Shown here: piece after piece, positions 27,300 to 36,633 of the stretch
Layout: every line of letters starts with the position of its first letter
How positions within the stretch are numbered: position 1 is the stretch's first letter
Assembly (NCBI RefSeq): GCF_003334765.1
Contig: NZ_QOWT01000007.1
Strand: one strand, 5' to 3'
DNA from: Escherichia coli
Lineage (GTDB): Bacteria; Pseudomonadota; Gammaproteobacteria; Enterobacterales; Enterobacteriaceae
DNA length: 64,000 bases
Translations under genes and position numbers: made by a program
Notes under the pieces: generated by a model
What the model was told of the DNA's origin: nothing
What the model saw: only the letters and a program-made list of their open reading frames with translations
The model's database searches: none

Positions 27300-28280
27300 T
27301 TGTTGAAATATAGAAACTTCGTTGCTAAGAAGAAAAATTTATACCAAAACGAAGTGTCGTATGTTAAAAATTTACATATTGCACTATGCTTTGACCGTGA
27401 ATTCATAATGCCAGCGGGTGTTGCATTATATTCAATTATATCCAACAATAGACATATTAACCTTCATTTTCACCTTCTTATATCAGGCATAGAAGAAAAG
27501 GAGTGTTCAGCTTTTTACGAACTAGAAGGTCCTAATACATCAATATCTGTATATTATATAACTGATAAATTTGACATTAATCCGGATACATTAGTTCTTG
27601 GTATTCCTTTATCAACATGTTTACGTTTTTTAATCCCAGAAGTTATTGATGATAAAATAAATAAGATACTTTATCTTGACTGTGATGTCATATGTAATGG
27701 TCCTTTAGATGAACTGGTTGATTATAATTTAAATGCTGATATTGCATGTGTAATTCCAGATTCGCCAGAAATGCAAGAACGTGTAAAAAAATTAGACTAT
27801 GGCATTGAGTTTATTAATTATTTTAATGCCGGGGTTATGTTTATTAATACCAGCGAATGGAAAAAAAATAATATAACACAAAAAGCGTTAGAAATGATCA
27901 ACAGTGGAAAAGTATATAGGTATGCAGATCAGGATGTGCTCAATATTTTACTTAATGGACGAGTGCATTACCTTGATAAGAAGTACAATAATAAGACAAC
28001 ATTGTCAGTACGATGTGATGAAGAACAAAAAAACTTGCCCAACACAATTATAATGCATTATGTTACCCAGAATAAACCATGGTACAAAATATTTAGAGCA
28101 CAAAATTTTGATCATTATTTTTCAAATTCTCCTTGGAAGAACCATAAAAGAAATCTAGCTCCATCATCAAGTGAGATTAGGTTAAAGTCTAAAGTTTTTT
28201 GGCTAGAAGGAAAATATTGTAAAGCCATTTCTTATTATTATAAGTATTTACTTGTTAAATTATTTGGCTTAAAGATTTAG
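27300..28280 (+). CDS. LPS core GT8-like glycosyltransferase at the position occupied by waaS in K-12/R2 clusters
   Basis: 326-aa ORF in very AT-rich DNA; GT8 hallmarks YLDCDVIC, YFNAGVMFINTSEW and DQDVLNILL, clearly paralogous to the two downstream GT8 ORFs. Start codon uncertain (the tool start is a TTG). Confidence 0.6.
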   Translation: MLKYRNFVAKKKNLYQNEVSYVKNLHIALCFDREFIMPAGVALYSIISNNRHINLHFHLLISGIEEKECSAFYELEGPNTSISVYYITDKFDINPDTLVLGIPLSTCLRFLIPEVIDDKINKILYLDCDVICNGPLDELVDYNLNADIACVIPDSPEMQERVKKLDYGIEFINYFNAGVMFINTSEWKKNNITQKALEMINSGKVYRYADQDVLNILLNGRVHYLDKKYNNKTTLSVRCDEEQKNLPNTIIMHYVTQNKPWYKIFRAQNFDHYFSNSPWKNHKRNLAPSSSEIRLKSKVFWLEGKYCKAISYYYKYLLVKLFGLKI

Positions 28281-28293
28281 CTGGAATGAAATT

Positions 28294-29373
28294 ATGAAAA
28301 TAGCCTTTATTGGCGAAGCTGTTTCTGGATTTGGCGGCATGGAAACAGTCATTCGTGATGTTATTACTACCTTCAGGCAACAACATATCCAAAGTGAAAT
28401 TTTTTTCTTTTGTCGTAATGACAAAATGGATAAGGGATGGCTGGAAGGTATTAAGTACTCGTGTTCATTTTCCAATATTCGCTTAGGTTTTTTGCGTCGC
28501 GCGAAACATATTCATGCTTTAAGCAAATGGCTTCATGATTATCAGCCAGATGTTGTTATTTGTATTGACGTGATCTCGTGTTTGTATGCGGCCAAAGCTC
28601 GTAAAAAATCGGGGATTGATGTACCTGTATTTTCATGGCCGCATTTTTCTTTAGATCATAAAAAACATGCCGAATATATCACCTGTGCCGACTATCATTT
28701 AGCCATCAGCTCTGGTATTAAACAGCAAATGATTAGCCGGGGTGTACCAGAATCGACAATAAACGTTATTTTTAATCCCGTTGAGGCGAAAAATTCAGTC
28801 ATTCCTGCACCCGGGGAAGGCGAAACGGCAACATTCATTTATGTTGGGCGCATGAAATTTGAAGGCCAAAAGCGCGTAAAAGATCTGCTTGATGGCTTAT
28901 CACAAGTGCAAGGTGACTGGAAACTTCATGTATTGGGAGATGGCTCCGATTTCGAAAAATGCCAGGCTTATGGTAGAGGATTAAATATTGATGATCGAAT
29001 TGTCTGGTATGGTTGGCAACAACATCCCTGGAAATTAGTTCAGCAAGATATTAAAAAAGTGAGTGCATTATTACTCACGTCATCTTTTGAAGGTTTCCCA
29101 ATGACTCTACTTGAAGCCTTGTCGTGGGGGATCCCTTGTATCAGTGCAGATTGTGTCTCCGGGCCTGTTGATATCATTCAGCCTGATGTTAATGGTCATT
29201 TATATCAACCGGGGGATATGACCGGTTTTGTTGCTCTTCTCAATAAATACATAGCCGGTGAAATTCACATCGCACATGAAAAAATTCCGGCGTCGATCGA
29301 TAAATTTTATCAACCGAAATATTACGACAGATTGCAAAAGATAATTATTTCTGTTATTTCCCGGAGGAAATAA
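28294..29373 (+). CDS. waaB: LPS core alpha-1,6-galactosyltransferase (GT4)
   Basis: 359-aa ORF MKIAFIGEAVSGFGGMETVIRDVITTFRQQ...; GT4 motif FEGFPMTLLEALSWGIPCI. Confidence 0.8.
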   Translation: MKIAFIGEAVSGFGGMETVIRDVITTFRQQHIQSEIFFFCRNDKMDKGWLEGIKYSCSFSNIRLGFLRRAKHIHALSKWLHDYQPDVVICIDVISCLYAAKARKKSGIDVPVFSWPHFSLDHKKHAEYITCADYHLAISSGIKQQMISRGVPESTINVIFNPVEAKNSVIPAPGEGETATFIYVGRMKFEGQKRVKDLLDGLSQVQGDWKLHVLGDGSDFEKCQAYGRGLNIDDRIVWYGWQQHPWKLVQQDIKKVSALLLTSSFEGFPMTLLEALSWGIPCISADCVSGPVDIIQPDVNGHLYQPGDMTGFVALLNKYIAGEIHIAHEKIPASIDKFYQPKYYDRLQKIIISVISRRK

Positions 29374-30392
29374 TGCAGCAGGTTTTTTTCCAGGAGACTG
29401 AGTTTCTCAATTCGGTTATTGATTATAATCATAAAATAGAAGCAGAAAATCTTTGTCTGGATATTGCTTATGGGACTGACAAAAATTTTCTTTTTGGATG
29501 CGGAATATCGATTGCTTCAATATTAAAATATAATGAAGGAAATCAATTATGCTTTCATATTTTTACTGATTATTTCGGTGATGACGATCGCAAATATTTT
29601 GATGCCCTGGCCAGGCAATATAAAACAAGAATTAAGATATATTTAATTAATGGTGATCGACTCCGTTCATTACCCTGCACCAAGAACTGGACTCATGCTA
29701 TTTATTTTCGTTTTGTTATCGCCGATTACTTTTTTAATAAAGCACCCAAAGTTCTTTATCTGGATGCAGATATTATTTGTCAGGGAACTATAGAACCACT
29801 TATCAATTACACGTTTTCTGAACATACAGTCGCAATGGTTGTTACAGAAGGACAAAAAGACTGGTGGGCAAAACGTGCTCATTCGTTAGGTGTTGCTGGG
29901 ATTGCTAATGGTTACTTTAACTCCGGTTTTTTACTGATTAATACTAATCAATGGACGAATGAGCGGGTTTCTGCACGGGCCATTGCAATGTTAAGTGATC
30001 CAGAGATAGTCAAAAAAATAACACATCCTGATCAGGATGTATTAAATATGTTATTGGCAGACAAACTTGTTTATGCTGATATTAAATATAACACTCAGTT
30101 TAGTTTAAATTATCAACTAAAAGAAAGTTTTAAAAACCCAGTAACTAACGATACAGTTTTTATTCATTATATTGGTCCAACTAAACCCTGGCATGACTGG
30201 GCCTGGGATTATCCAATATCACAAGCTTTTATGGCGGCAAAAAATGCTTCACCATGGAAGGATACTGCGTTATTGAAACCGGTTAATAGTAATCAATTAA
30301 GATACAGTGCTAAACATATGTTGAAAAAAAAGCAATATATCAAAGGATTTGGCAACTATCTTTTGTATTTTATAAAAAAGCTAAAGCATTAA
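29373..30392 (+). CDS. waaO: LPS core alpha-1,3-glucosyltransferase (GT8)
   Basis: 339-aa ORF MQQVFFQETEFLNSVIDYNHKIEAENLCLDIAYGTDKNF...; motifs YLDADIIC and DQDVLN; ATGA overlap with the waaB stop. Confidence 0.8.
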   Translation: MQQVFFQETEFLNSVIDYNHKIEAENLCLDIAYGTDKNFLFGCGISIASILKYNEGNQLCFHIFTDYFGDDDRKYFDALARQYKTRIKIYLINGDRLRSLPCTKNWTHAIYFRFVIADYFFNKAPKVLYLDADIICQGTIEPLINYTFSEHTVAMVVTEGQKDWWAKRAHSLGVAGIANGYFNSGFLLINTNQWTNERVSARAIAMLSDPEIVKKITHPDQDVLNMLLADKLVYADIKYNTQFSLNYQLKESFKNPVTNDTVFIHYIGPTKPWHDWAWDYPISQAFMAAKNASPWKDTALLKPVNSNQLRYSAKHMLKKKQYIKGFGNYLLYFIKKLKH

Positions 30393-30555
30393 TACTGATA
30401 ATCTATACTCTAAATAATTCGAGTTGCAGGACAAAAAGCCAGTGGCGTTTTGAGGAACGCTTGCGTTGGCCCTGAAATGCCGAGTAACTCGCCGATGCAG
30501 CACATGCAACTTGAAGTATAACGAGTATATAAAGTAATGATATAAGGATAGCCTT

Positions 30556-31572
30556 GTGAACTCATTTCCTGCCATAGAGATAGATAAAGTTAAAGCCTGG
30601 GATTTTAGGCTTATTGATGAAAATACTGCTGAAAGTTTAAATGTTGCCTATGGTGTCGATTCCAATTATCTTGATGGTGTAGGTGTTTCCATTACTTCAA
30701 TTGTCATTAATAATCGACATGTTAATCTTGATTTTTATATTATTGCTGATGTTTATAACGACGATTTCTTTCAAAAAGTTGAGAAACTTGCTGAGCAATA
30801 CCAATTAAGAATCACACTTTATAGAATAAATACTGATAATCTTCAGTGCCTGCCTTGTACACAAGTCTGGTCAAGAGCAATGTACTTCCGTTTATTTGCT
30901 TTTCAATTATTGGGAGTAACACTTAATCGTTTGCTTTATCTTGATGCCGATGTAGTTTGTAAGGGAAATATTAGTCAACTATTGCATTTAGAGTTTAATG
31001 GAGCGGTGGCTGCAGTAGTCAGGGATGTAGACCCAATGCAGGAAAAGGCGGTAGTCAGATTATCTGATCCTGAACTTCGGGGGCAGTATTTTAATTCTGG
31101 TGTCGTTTACTTAGACCTAAAAAAATGGACAGAAGCAAAACTAACCGAAAAAGCACTGTCTATTCTTATGAGTAAAGATAGTATTTATAAGTATCCTGAC
31201 CAGGACGTTATGAATGTCCTACTAAAAGGGATGACAATATTCCTGCCACGTGAGTTCAATACTATATATACAATAAAAAGTGAGTTAAAAGATAAAACGC
31301 ATCAAAAATATAAAGAGTTGATAAAAGAGGATACTCTTCTTATTCATTATACTGGGGCCACCAAGCCGTGGCACAAATGGGCAATTTATCCATCGGTAAA
31401 ATACTATAAAATAGCTTTAGAAAGATCCCCCTGGAAAGATGACTCACCACGAGATGCAAAATCAATTATTGAATTCAAAAAAAGATATAAACATCTGTTA
31501 GTGCAACATCATTATATCTCAGGACTCATTGCAGGAGTGTGTTATCTTTGCCGAAAATATTACCGTAAATAA
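30556..31572 (+). CDS. waaR: LPS core alpha-1,2-glucosyltransferase (GT8; WaaR/WaaJ-type)
   Basis: 338-aa ORF (GTG start) ...NSFPAIEIDKVKAWDFRLIDENTAESLNVAYGVDSNYLDGVG...; motifs YLDADVVC and DQDVMN. Confidence 0.75.
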   Translation: MNSFPAIEIDKVKAWDFRLIDENTAESLNVAYGVDSNYLDGVGVSITSIVINNRHVNLDFYIIADVYNDDFFQKVEKLAEQYQLRITLYRINTDNLQCLPCTQVWSRAMYFRLFAFQLLGVTLNRLLYLDADVVCKGNISQLLHLEFNGAVAAVVRDVDPMQEKAVVRLSDPELRGQYFNSGVVYLDLKKWTEAKLTEKALSILMSKDSIYKYPDQDVMNVLLKGMTIFLPREFNTIYTIKSELKDKTHQKYKELIKEDTLLIHYTGATKPWHKWAIYPSVKYYKIALERSPWKDDSPRDAKSIIEFKKRYKHLLVQHHYISGLIAGVCYLCRKYYRK

Positions 31573-31589
31573 CATTTAACTGGTTTAAC

Positions 31590-32288
31590 ATGATTCAGAA
31601 GAATAAAATCAAAGATTTAGTTGTTTTTACCGATGAAAATAACTCAAAGTATCTCAATGTATTAAATGACTTTCTTTCTTATGATATTAATATCATCAAA
31701 GTTTTTCGTTCTATAGATGATACAAAAGTCATGCTTATTGATACCGATTACGGTAAATTGATACTTAAAGTTTTTTCGCCTAAAGTAAAACGCAACGAAC
31801 GTTTCTTTAAATCTCTTTTAAAGGGAGATTATTATGAACGCCTTTTTGAGCATACTCAAAAAGTGCGTAACGAGGGGCTACATTCTCTCAATGATTTTTA
31901 TTTGTTGGCAGAACGGAAAACATTACGTTTTGTCCATACTTATATCATGCTTATCGAATATATCGATGGCGTAGAGTTGTGTGATATCCCCGATATTGAT
32001 GAAACTTTAAAAAATAAAATTCAACAATCAATTCGTTCATTACACGAACACGGTATGGTATCTGGTGATCCTCACCGCGGTAATTTTATTATTGAAAATG
32101 GTGAAGTACGCATTATTGATCTTTCAGGAAAACGGGCATCTGCACAACGTAAAGCGAAAGATCGTATTGATTTAGAGCGACATTATGGTATTAAGAATGA
32201 GGTTAAAGATCTCGGTTATTATCTTTTAGTTTATCGTAAAAAAATACGTAATCTTATGCGGCGTTTGAAAGGGAAGCCAGCACGATAA
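31590..32288 (+). CDS. waaY: LPS core heptose II kinase
   Basis: 232-aa ORF MIQKNKIKDLVVFTDENNSKYLNVLNDFLSYDINIIKVFRS... Confidence 0.85.
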   Translation: MIQKNKIKDLVVFTDENNSKYLNVLNDFLSYDINIIKVFRSIDDTKVMLIDTDYGKLILKVFSPKVKRNERFFKSLLKGDYYERLFEHTQKVRNEGLHSLNDFYLLAERKTLRFVHTYIMLIEYIDGVELCDIPDIDETLKNKIQQSIRSLHEHGMVSGDPHRGNFIIENGEVRIIDLSGKRASAQRKAKDRIDLERHYGIKNEVKDLGYYLLVYRKKIRNLMRRLKGKPAR

Positions 32289-32359
32289 AGTAAAAGTCTT
32301 ACATTTAAACGTCTTCGTCAGGACATTTCTATGCGGAGTTCTTATTTCACAGGTTTATC

Positions 32360-33169
32360 ATGAAGAATATTAGATACATTGACAAAAAAGATGTTGAAAA
32401 CCTGATAGAAAGTAAAACGTCTGATGATGTTATTATTTTTCTTTCCGGCCCCACATCGCAAAAAACACCATTGTCAGTGCTGCAGACAAGGGATGTTATT
32501 GCTGTCAATGGTTCTGCACAATATCTATTAAGTCATAATATTATTCCCTATATTTATGTACTTACCGATGTTCGCTTTTTACATCAACGGCGTGATGATT
32601 TTTATAAATTTAGCCAGAGAAGTCGTTATACCATCGTAAATGTTGACGTTTATGAACATGCTTCTGAAGAAGATAAGCGGTACATCCTTCAAAACTGCCT
32701 GGTACTACGTTCATTTTACCGCAGAGAAAAAGGTGGATTGATCAAGAAGATCAAGTTTAATATTTTGAGCCGAATTCATAAAGAGCTCCTGATCTCTGTA
32801 CCTTTTTCTAAAAAAGGTCGTCTGGTTGGCTTTTGCAAGGATATTAACCTCGGTTATTGTTCATGCCATACCGTTGCTTTTGCTGCAATCCAAATAGCCT
32901 ATTCGCTGAAGTATGCTCGTATTATCTGTTCAGGCCTTGATTTAACGGGTAGCTGTTCGCGTTTCTATGATGAAGATAAGAATCCTATGCCCTCAGAGTT
33001 GATTCGGGATTTATTCAAAATTTTACCATTTTTCCGTTTTATGCGTGAAAATATAGAAGATATCAATATTTATAATTTATCCGACGATACTGCAATTCAA
33101 TATGATATTATTCCCTATATGAAAATATCCGAAATTGAAGAGCCGTGTGTTTATGAAAAAATAAGCTAA
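32360..33169 (+). CDS. waaZ: LPS core biosynthesis protein WaaZ (Kdo III-associated)
   Basis: 269-aa ORF MKNIRYIDKKDVENLIESKTSDDVIIFLSGPTS...; position between waaY and the last transferase gene. Confidence 0.75.
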   Translation: MKNIRYIDKKDVENLIESKTSDDVIIFLSGPTSQKTPLSVLQTRDVIAVNGSAQYLLSHNIIPYIYVLTDVRFLHQRRDDFYKFSQRSRYTIVNVDVYEHASEEDKRYILQNCLVLRSFYRREKGGLIKKIKFNILSRIHKELLISVPFSKKGRLVGFCKDINLGYCSCHTVAFAAIQIAYSLKYARIICSGLDLTGSCSRFYDEDKNPMPSELIRDLFKILPFFRFMRENIEDINIYNLSDDTAIQYDIIPYMKISEIEEPCVYEKIS

Positions 33170-33221
33170 TATTTTATATGTGTTTATTACGTGTTATAAA
33201 TTATATTGGAGTTGGCTAATA

Positions 33222-34364
33222 ATGATTAAAAAAATAATATTTACCGTCACACCAATATTTTCTATACCGCCAAAAGGAGCTGCAGCGGTTGAAACATGGA
33301 TTTATCAGGTCGCAAAAAGACTTTCGATTCCAGTAACTATCGCCTGTATTCGAAACGAAGGTTACCCAACCTACACAAAAGTAAATGATCACTGTGATAT
33401 TCACTACATTGGTTTTAGTCGAGTCTATAAACGACTTTTCCAAAAGTGGACTCGACTTGATCCTGTGCCATATTCTCAGCGTATTTTAAATACCCAACCT
33501 AAAAACACTGATCCGAAAGACTCTGTTATTGTTATCCACAATAGCATGAAGCTGTATAAACAGATTCGTAGCAGAAGCCCTCACGCGCAGCTAGTTATGC
33601 ATCTTCATAATGCTTTCGAGCCAGGTGAGTTAGACAAAAATGCAAAGATAATTGTTCCTAGCCAGTTTCTTTTCGATTTCTATTCGGAAAAAATGCCTGA
33701 TGCAAATATTGCTATTGTGCCTAATGGTTTTTGTTCTGAATCGTATGAACAAAATAATACTGAAGATTTGAGGCAGAAACTGAACATTGATGCAAATGAT
33801 ACCGTGTTATTATTTGCAGGAAGGATATCACCAGATAAAGGTTGCCTGATGCTTATGGAGGCTTTTAATCAGCTGAATAAGATACAAGATAACCTCAAAC
33901 TGGTGATTGTCGGAGATCCTTTTGCCAGTAAAAAAGGCGAAAAAGCTGAATATCAGAAAAAAGTTCTGGATGCAGCGAAAGCTATTGGAGCGCAATGCAT
34001 TATGGCGGGTGGACAGCCTCCAGAGCAGATGCATAACTATTACCGTTTAGCAGATTTAGTTGTTGTTCCTTCTCAGGTAGAAGAAGCTTTTTGTATGGTA
34101 GCTGTTGAAGCGATGGCGGCAGGTAAACCAGTGCTTGCCAGTCAAAAAGGTGGAATTAGTGAGTTTGTTCTGGAAGGAATTACAGGCTATCACCTTGCAG
34201 AGCCTATGACATCTGAAAGTATTCTCGCGGATATTAAGCGCGTTTTGGCGGATGCTGACAGAGCTCAAATTGCTAAAAATGCCCGAAATTTTGTTTTCTC
34301 AAAATATAGCTGGGAACATGTTACTCAGCGTTTTGAAGCACAAATACAAGACTGGTTTGGTTAA
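33222..34364 (+). CDS. waaK: GT4 glycosyltransferase, WaaK-like (alpha-1,2-GlcNAc transferase of R2/Salmonella-type cores)
   Basis: About 380 aa from ATG 33222 (MIKKIIFTV..., GGAG about 10 nt upstream); GT4 EX7E region EEAFCMVAVEAMAAGKPVLASQKGGISEFV. This is not the GT9 WaaU found in K-12. Confidence 0.7.
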   Translation: MIKKIIFTVTPIFSIPPKGAAAVETWIYQVAKRLSIPVTIACIRNEGYPTYTKVNDHCDIHYIGFSRVYKRLFQKWTRLDPVPYSQRILNTQPKNTDPKDSVIVIHNSMKLYKQIRSRSPHAQLVMHLHNAFEPGELDKNAKIIVPSQFLFDFYSEKMPDANIAIVPNGFCSESYEQNNTEDLRQKLNIDANDTVLLFAGRISPDKGCLMLMEAFNQLNKIQDNLKLVIVGDPFASKKGEKAEYQKKVLDAAKAIGAQCIMAGGQPPEQMHNYYRLADLVVVPSQVEEAFCMVAVEAMAAGKPVLASQKGGISEFVLEGITGYHLAEPMTSESILADIKRVLADADRAQIAKNARNFVFSKYSWEHVTQRFEAQIQDWFG

Positions 34365-34383
34365 AAATTATTGGATTTGAAGA

Positions 34384-34420
34384 GCCTGCCTGAACTTAAT
34401 GTCAGGCAGGCTTTTTTTTA
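34384..34420. terminator. bidirectional hairpin terminator between convergent waaK and waaL
   Basis: GCCTGCCTGA-acttaat-GTCAGGCAGGC followed by a T-run (A-run on the other strand). Confidence 0.7.
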
Positions 34421-35635
34421 TTTATTCCGCATTGCTAACAGTAAACCAACAATCAAGCCAATTGGTTTGAGATCAACTTCCTCGAAGTTACCTCGAATAA
34501 TATAAAAGCTTACAAGCGTTAAAAATAGTAGTAATTGACCATTATAAGGAGTGACGACAACTGTTTTAAACGTTGCATTAGCTGTCTCTTTGATAATAGA
34601 GCCATACAGATAAAGTAAAGCGAGTAGTCCAGCCAAACCCGCTGCAAACCAAATTGACAAAACAACGTTGTGTGGCCCAATGGATTGCCTGAACTTCCAT
34701 GACGGAAAATCTACAACACGCTTATTATATATTGCATGGTAAATATCATCGCCGTAGCCATATCCCTTAAGAGGATTTTCCATAATTAATGTCCACGCCG
34801 TACCTTGAGTACCATTGGTATAGCGATAAGAACTGTCGGTCTGTTGAAGTTTATAAATAAGCCTGTCTTTACCAGCATGATCACCTTTATAGGTAAATAC
34901 ACCCACTGCGGCAACAGAAATAACGATGGAAGTCAGCATCAATAATTTCCACTGACGATTTAAGATTAACCATAGCAGAGTCACTATGAATACTGCCAGC
35001 CATGCACCACGAGACAGCGTTCCTAATAGCAGAAATAAGAAAACTGCACTAAAAATTACGAATGCTATTTTATAAGAGGTTTTCTTGATAAGCCAAAGGT
35101 TTAATAATGCTGGAAACAGAAACACCATTGAATCGGAAATACTACGGTGTTCATAGGTGGAAAATGGCATTATTCCTTTATTATAATCCTGAATATAAAG
35201 AATAAGTTCAACAAGACAACGTAAGCCAAGTCCGGTAACTAATGAGTATAGTACAATTTTACCAATGCTTTCATTATCTTCATCTTTTAATAATGCAGGT
35301 ATAAGTAAACTATAGGCCAAAAATCCTTTAAGTACCGTATTACTGAATTCTTTAAAACTGATTTTCAGATCAGGTGATATAAAAGTAGCATATAAAAGAA
35401 TGAGTGATAGTGCCAGGACACTATAAAAAAGATTATTTTTATAGAGTACTTTAAATGTTCCCGGAGCACGAGAAACTTGATAGATTACCGTAATAATCAT
35501 TAGTATAGATATGATGTGTTTATAACGGGTTATACCATCAAGGAAAAAGGTTGCAATAAAGAGGAATACCAACGCTTTATTCCAGTACGGTTTCCACTTT
35601 TCTTTATTACGTAGCGCCAGCGAGGCTGTTAACAT
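34418..35635 (-). CDS. waaL: O-antigen ligase
   Basis: 405-aa polytopic membrane ORF MLTASLALRNKEKWKPYWNKALVFLFIATFFLDGITRYKHI...; position downstream of waaC; AT-rich. Confidence 0.85.
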   Translation of the reverse strand: MLTASLALRNKEKWKPYWNKALVFLFIATFFLDGITRYKHIISILMIITVIYQVSRAPGTFKVLYKNNLFYSVLALSLILLYATFISPDLKISFKEFSNTVLKGFLAYSLLIPALLKDEDNESIGKIVLYSLVTGLGLRCLVELILYIQDYNKGIMPFSTYEHRSISDSMVFLFPALLNLWLIKKTSYKIAFVIFSAVFLFLLLGTLSRGAWLAVFIVTLLWLILNRQWKLLMLTSIVISVAAVGVFTYKGDHAGKDRLIYKLQQTDSSYRYTNGTQGTAWTLIMENPLKGYGYGDDIYHAIYNKRVVDFPSWKFRQSIGPHNVVLSIWFAAGLAGLLALLYLYGSIIKETANATFKTVVVTPYNGQLLLFLTLVSFYIIRGNFEEVDLKPIGLIVGLLLAMRNK

Positions 35636-35673
35636 TGCTTCTCCACCATCTTAAATAATATATAACGTATTAA

Positions 35674-36630
35674 TCAGGAATTGATTTTATTAAATACCGT
35701 TTCTGCAGTCAGATGAGCAAGATCTTTATCTGGTGCCCTACAAACCACCTGATTCTTCCCATATCCGCCAATTAATCCCGGATCGGTTGGTCCATAAACC
35801 GTGATATTCGGTCGATCCAGTGCTGCAGTTAAATGACTTAACCCAGTGTCTACCGATACCACGAATTTCGCTCCGGCCAGCACACGGGCAACACCTTCCA
35901 GACTCATCTTCGGCAATACTTCAACATAAGCAAATCCTTCCGCCAGTCGTTTCGCCCGTTTTTCCTCATGCGGCGCACCCCACGGAAGTTTAATGCGAAT
36001 CCCTGAATCTGCCAGTAAACCAATCAATTCTCGCCAGTGTTCTTCCGGCCAGTGTTTATCATCACGGGTCGTCGCATGAAGAAATACGGCATATTCGCCA
36101 GCATCTGTAGGCAGGTTCGTCAGAAAATGCTGTGCGATAGCATAATCGCCCTGGGTTTGCGGTTTGCTATAGCCCAGACTTTTGGCAAAAAGTTCGCGGA
36201 TGCGTTCTACGGCGTGCTGCTGTTTTGCAATATGATGTTTACGATTGTAAAACAGGCTGGCTAAAGGTTCGCGAGCGGTTTGCCAGTCCATTCCATGCTT
36301 TACGCCATGCGCCAGACGCGTCACCAGCGCCGCGCTTTTTACCAGCCCCTGAGCATCGATAACTGCGTCATAGTTCTCTGCTTGTAGCGCTTCACGAAAC
36401 GCTTTGCGTTCAGCTTTTATGGGGGCCGAGAACCAGGCTTTACGCCAGCGACGTATTGCCACAGGAATAACTCGCTCAACGGCGGCGTGCCAGGAAGGAA
36501 TCTGTGCGAACCCTTCTTCCACCACCCAGTCAAACTTAATCCCTGGGATTGCCTGCTGGGCATCAGTGAGTGCGGGCAACGTATGGAGAACATCGCCCAT
36601 CGACGATGTTTTAACGATCAAAACCCGCAT
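35674..36630 (-). CDS. waaC: LPS heptosyltransferase I (GT9)
   Basis: 318-aa ORF MRVLIVKTSSMGDVLHTLPALTDAQQAIPGIKFDWVVEEGF... Confidence 0.95.
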   Translation of the reverse strand: MRVLIVKTSSMGDVLHTLPALTDAQQAIPGIKFDWVVEEGFAQIPSWHAAVERVIPVAIRRWRKAWFSAPIKAERKAFREALQAENYDAVIDAQGLVKSAALVTRLAHGVKHGMDWQTAREPLASLFYNRKHHIAKQQHAVERIRELFAKSLGYSKPQTQGDYAIAQHFLTNLPTDAGEYAVFLHATTRDDKHWPEEHWRELIGLLADSGIRIKLPWGAPHEEKRAKRLAEGFAYVEVLPKMSLEGVARVLAGAKFVVSVDTGLSHLTAALDRPNITVYGPTDPGLIGGYGKNQVVCRAPDKDLAHLTAETVFNKINS

Positions 36631-36633
36631 CCG

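Noticed and set aside
27221-27448. 75-aa minus-strand ORF (…[12 protein letters not shown]) at the waaP to GT8 junction
   Set aside because: Low-complexity translation of an AT-rich spacer, antisense to the glycosyltransferase start; not credible coding.
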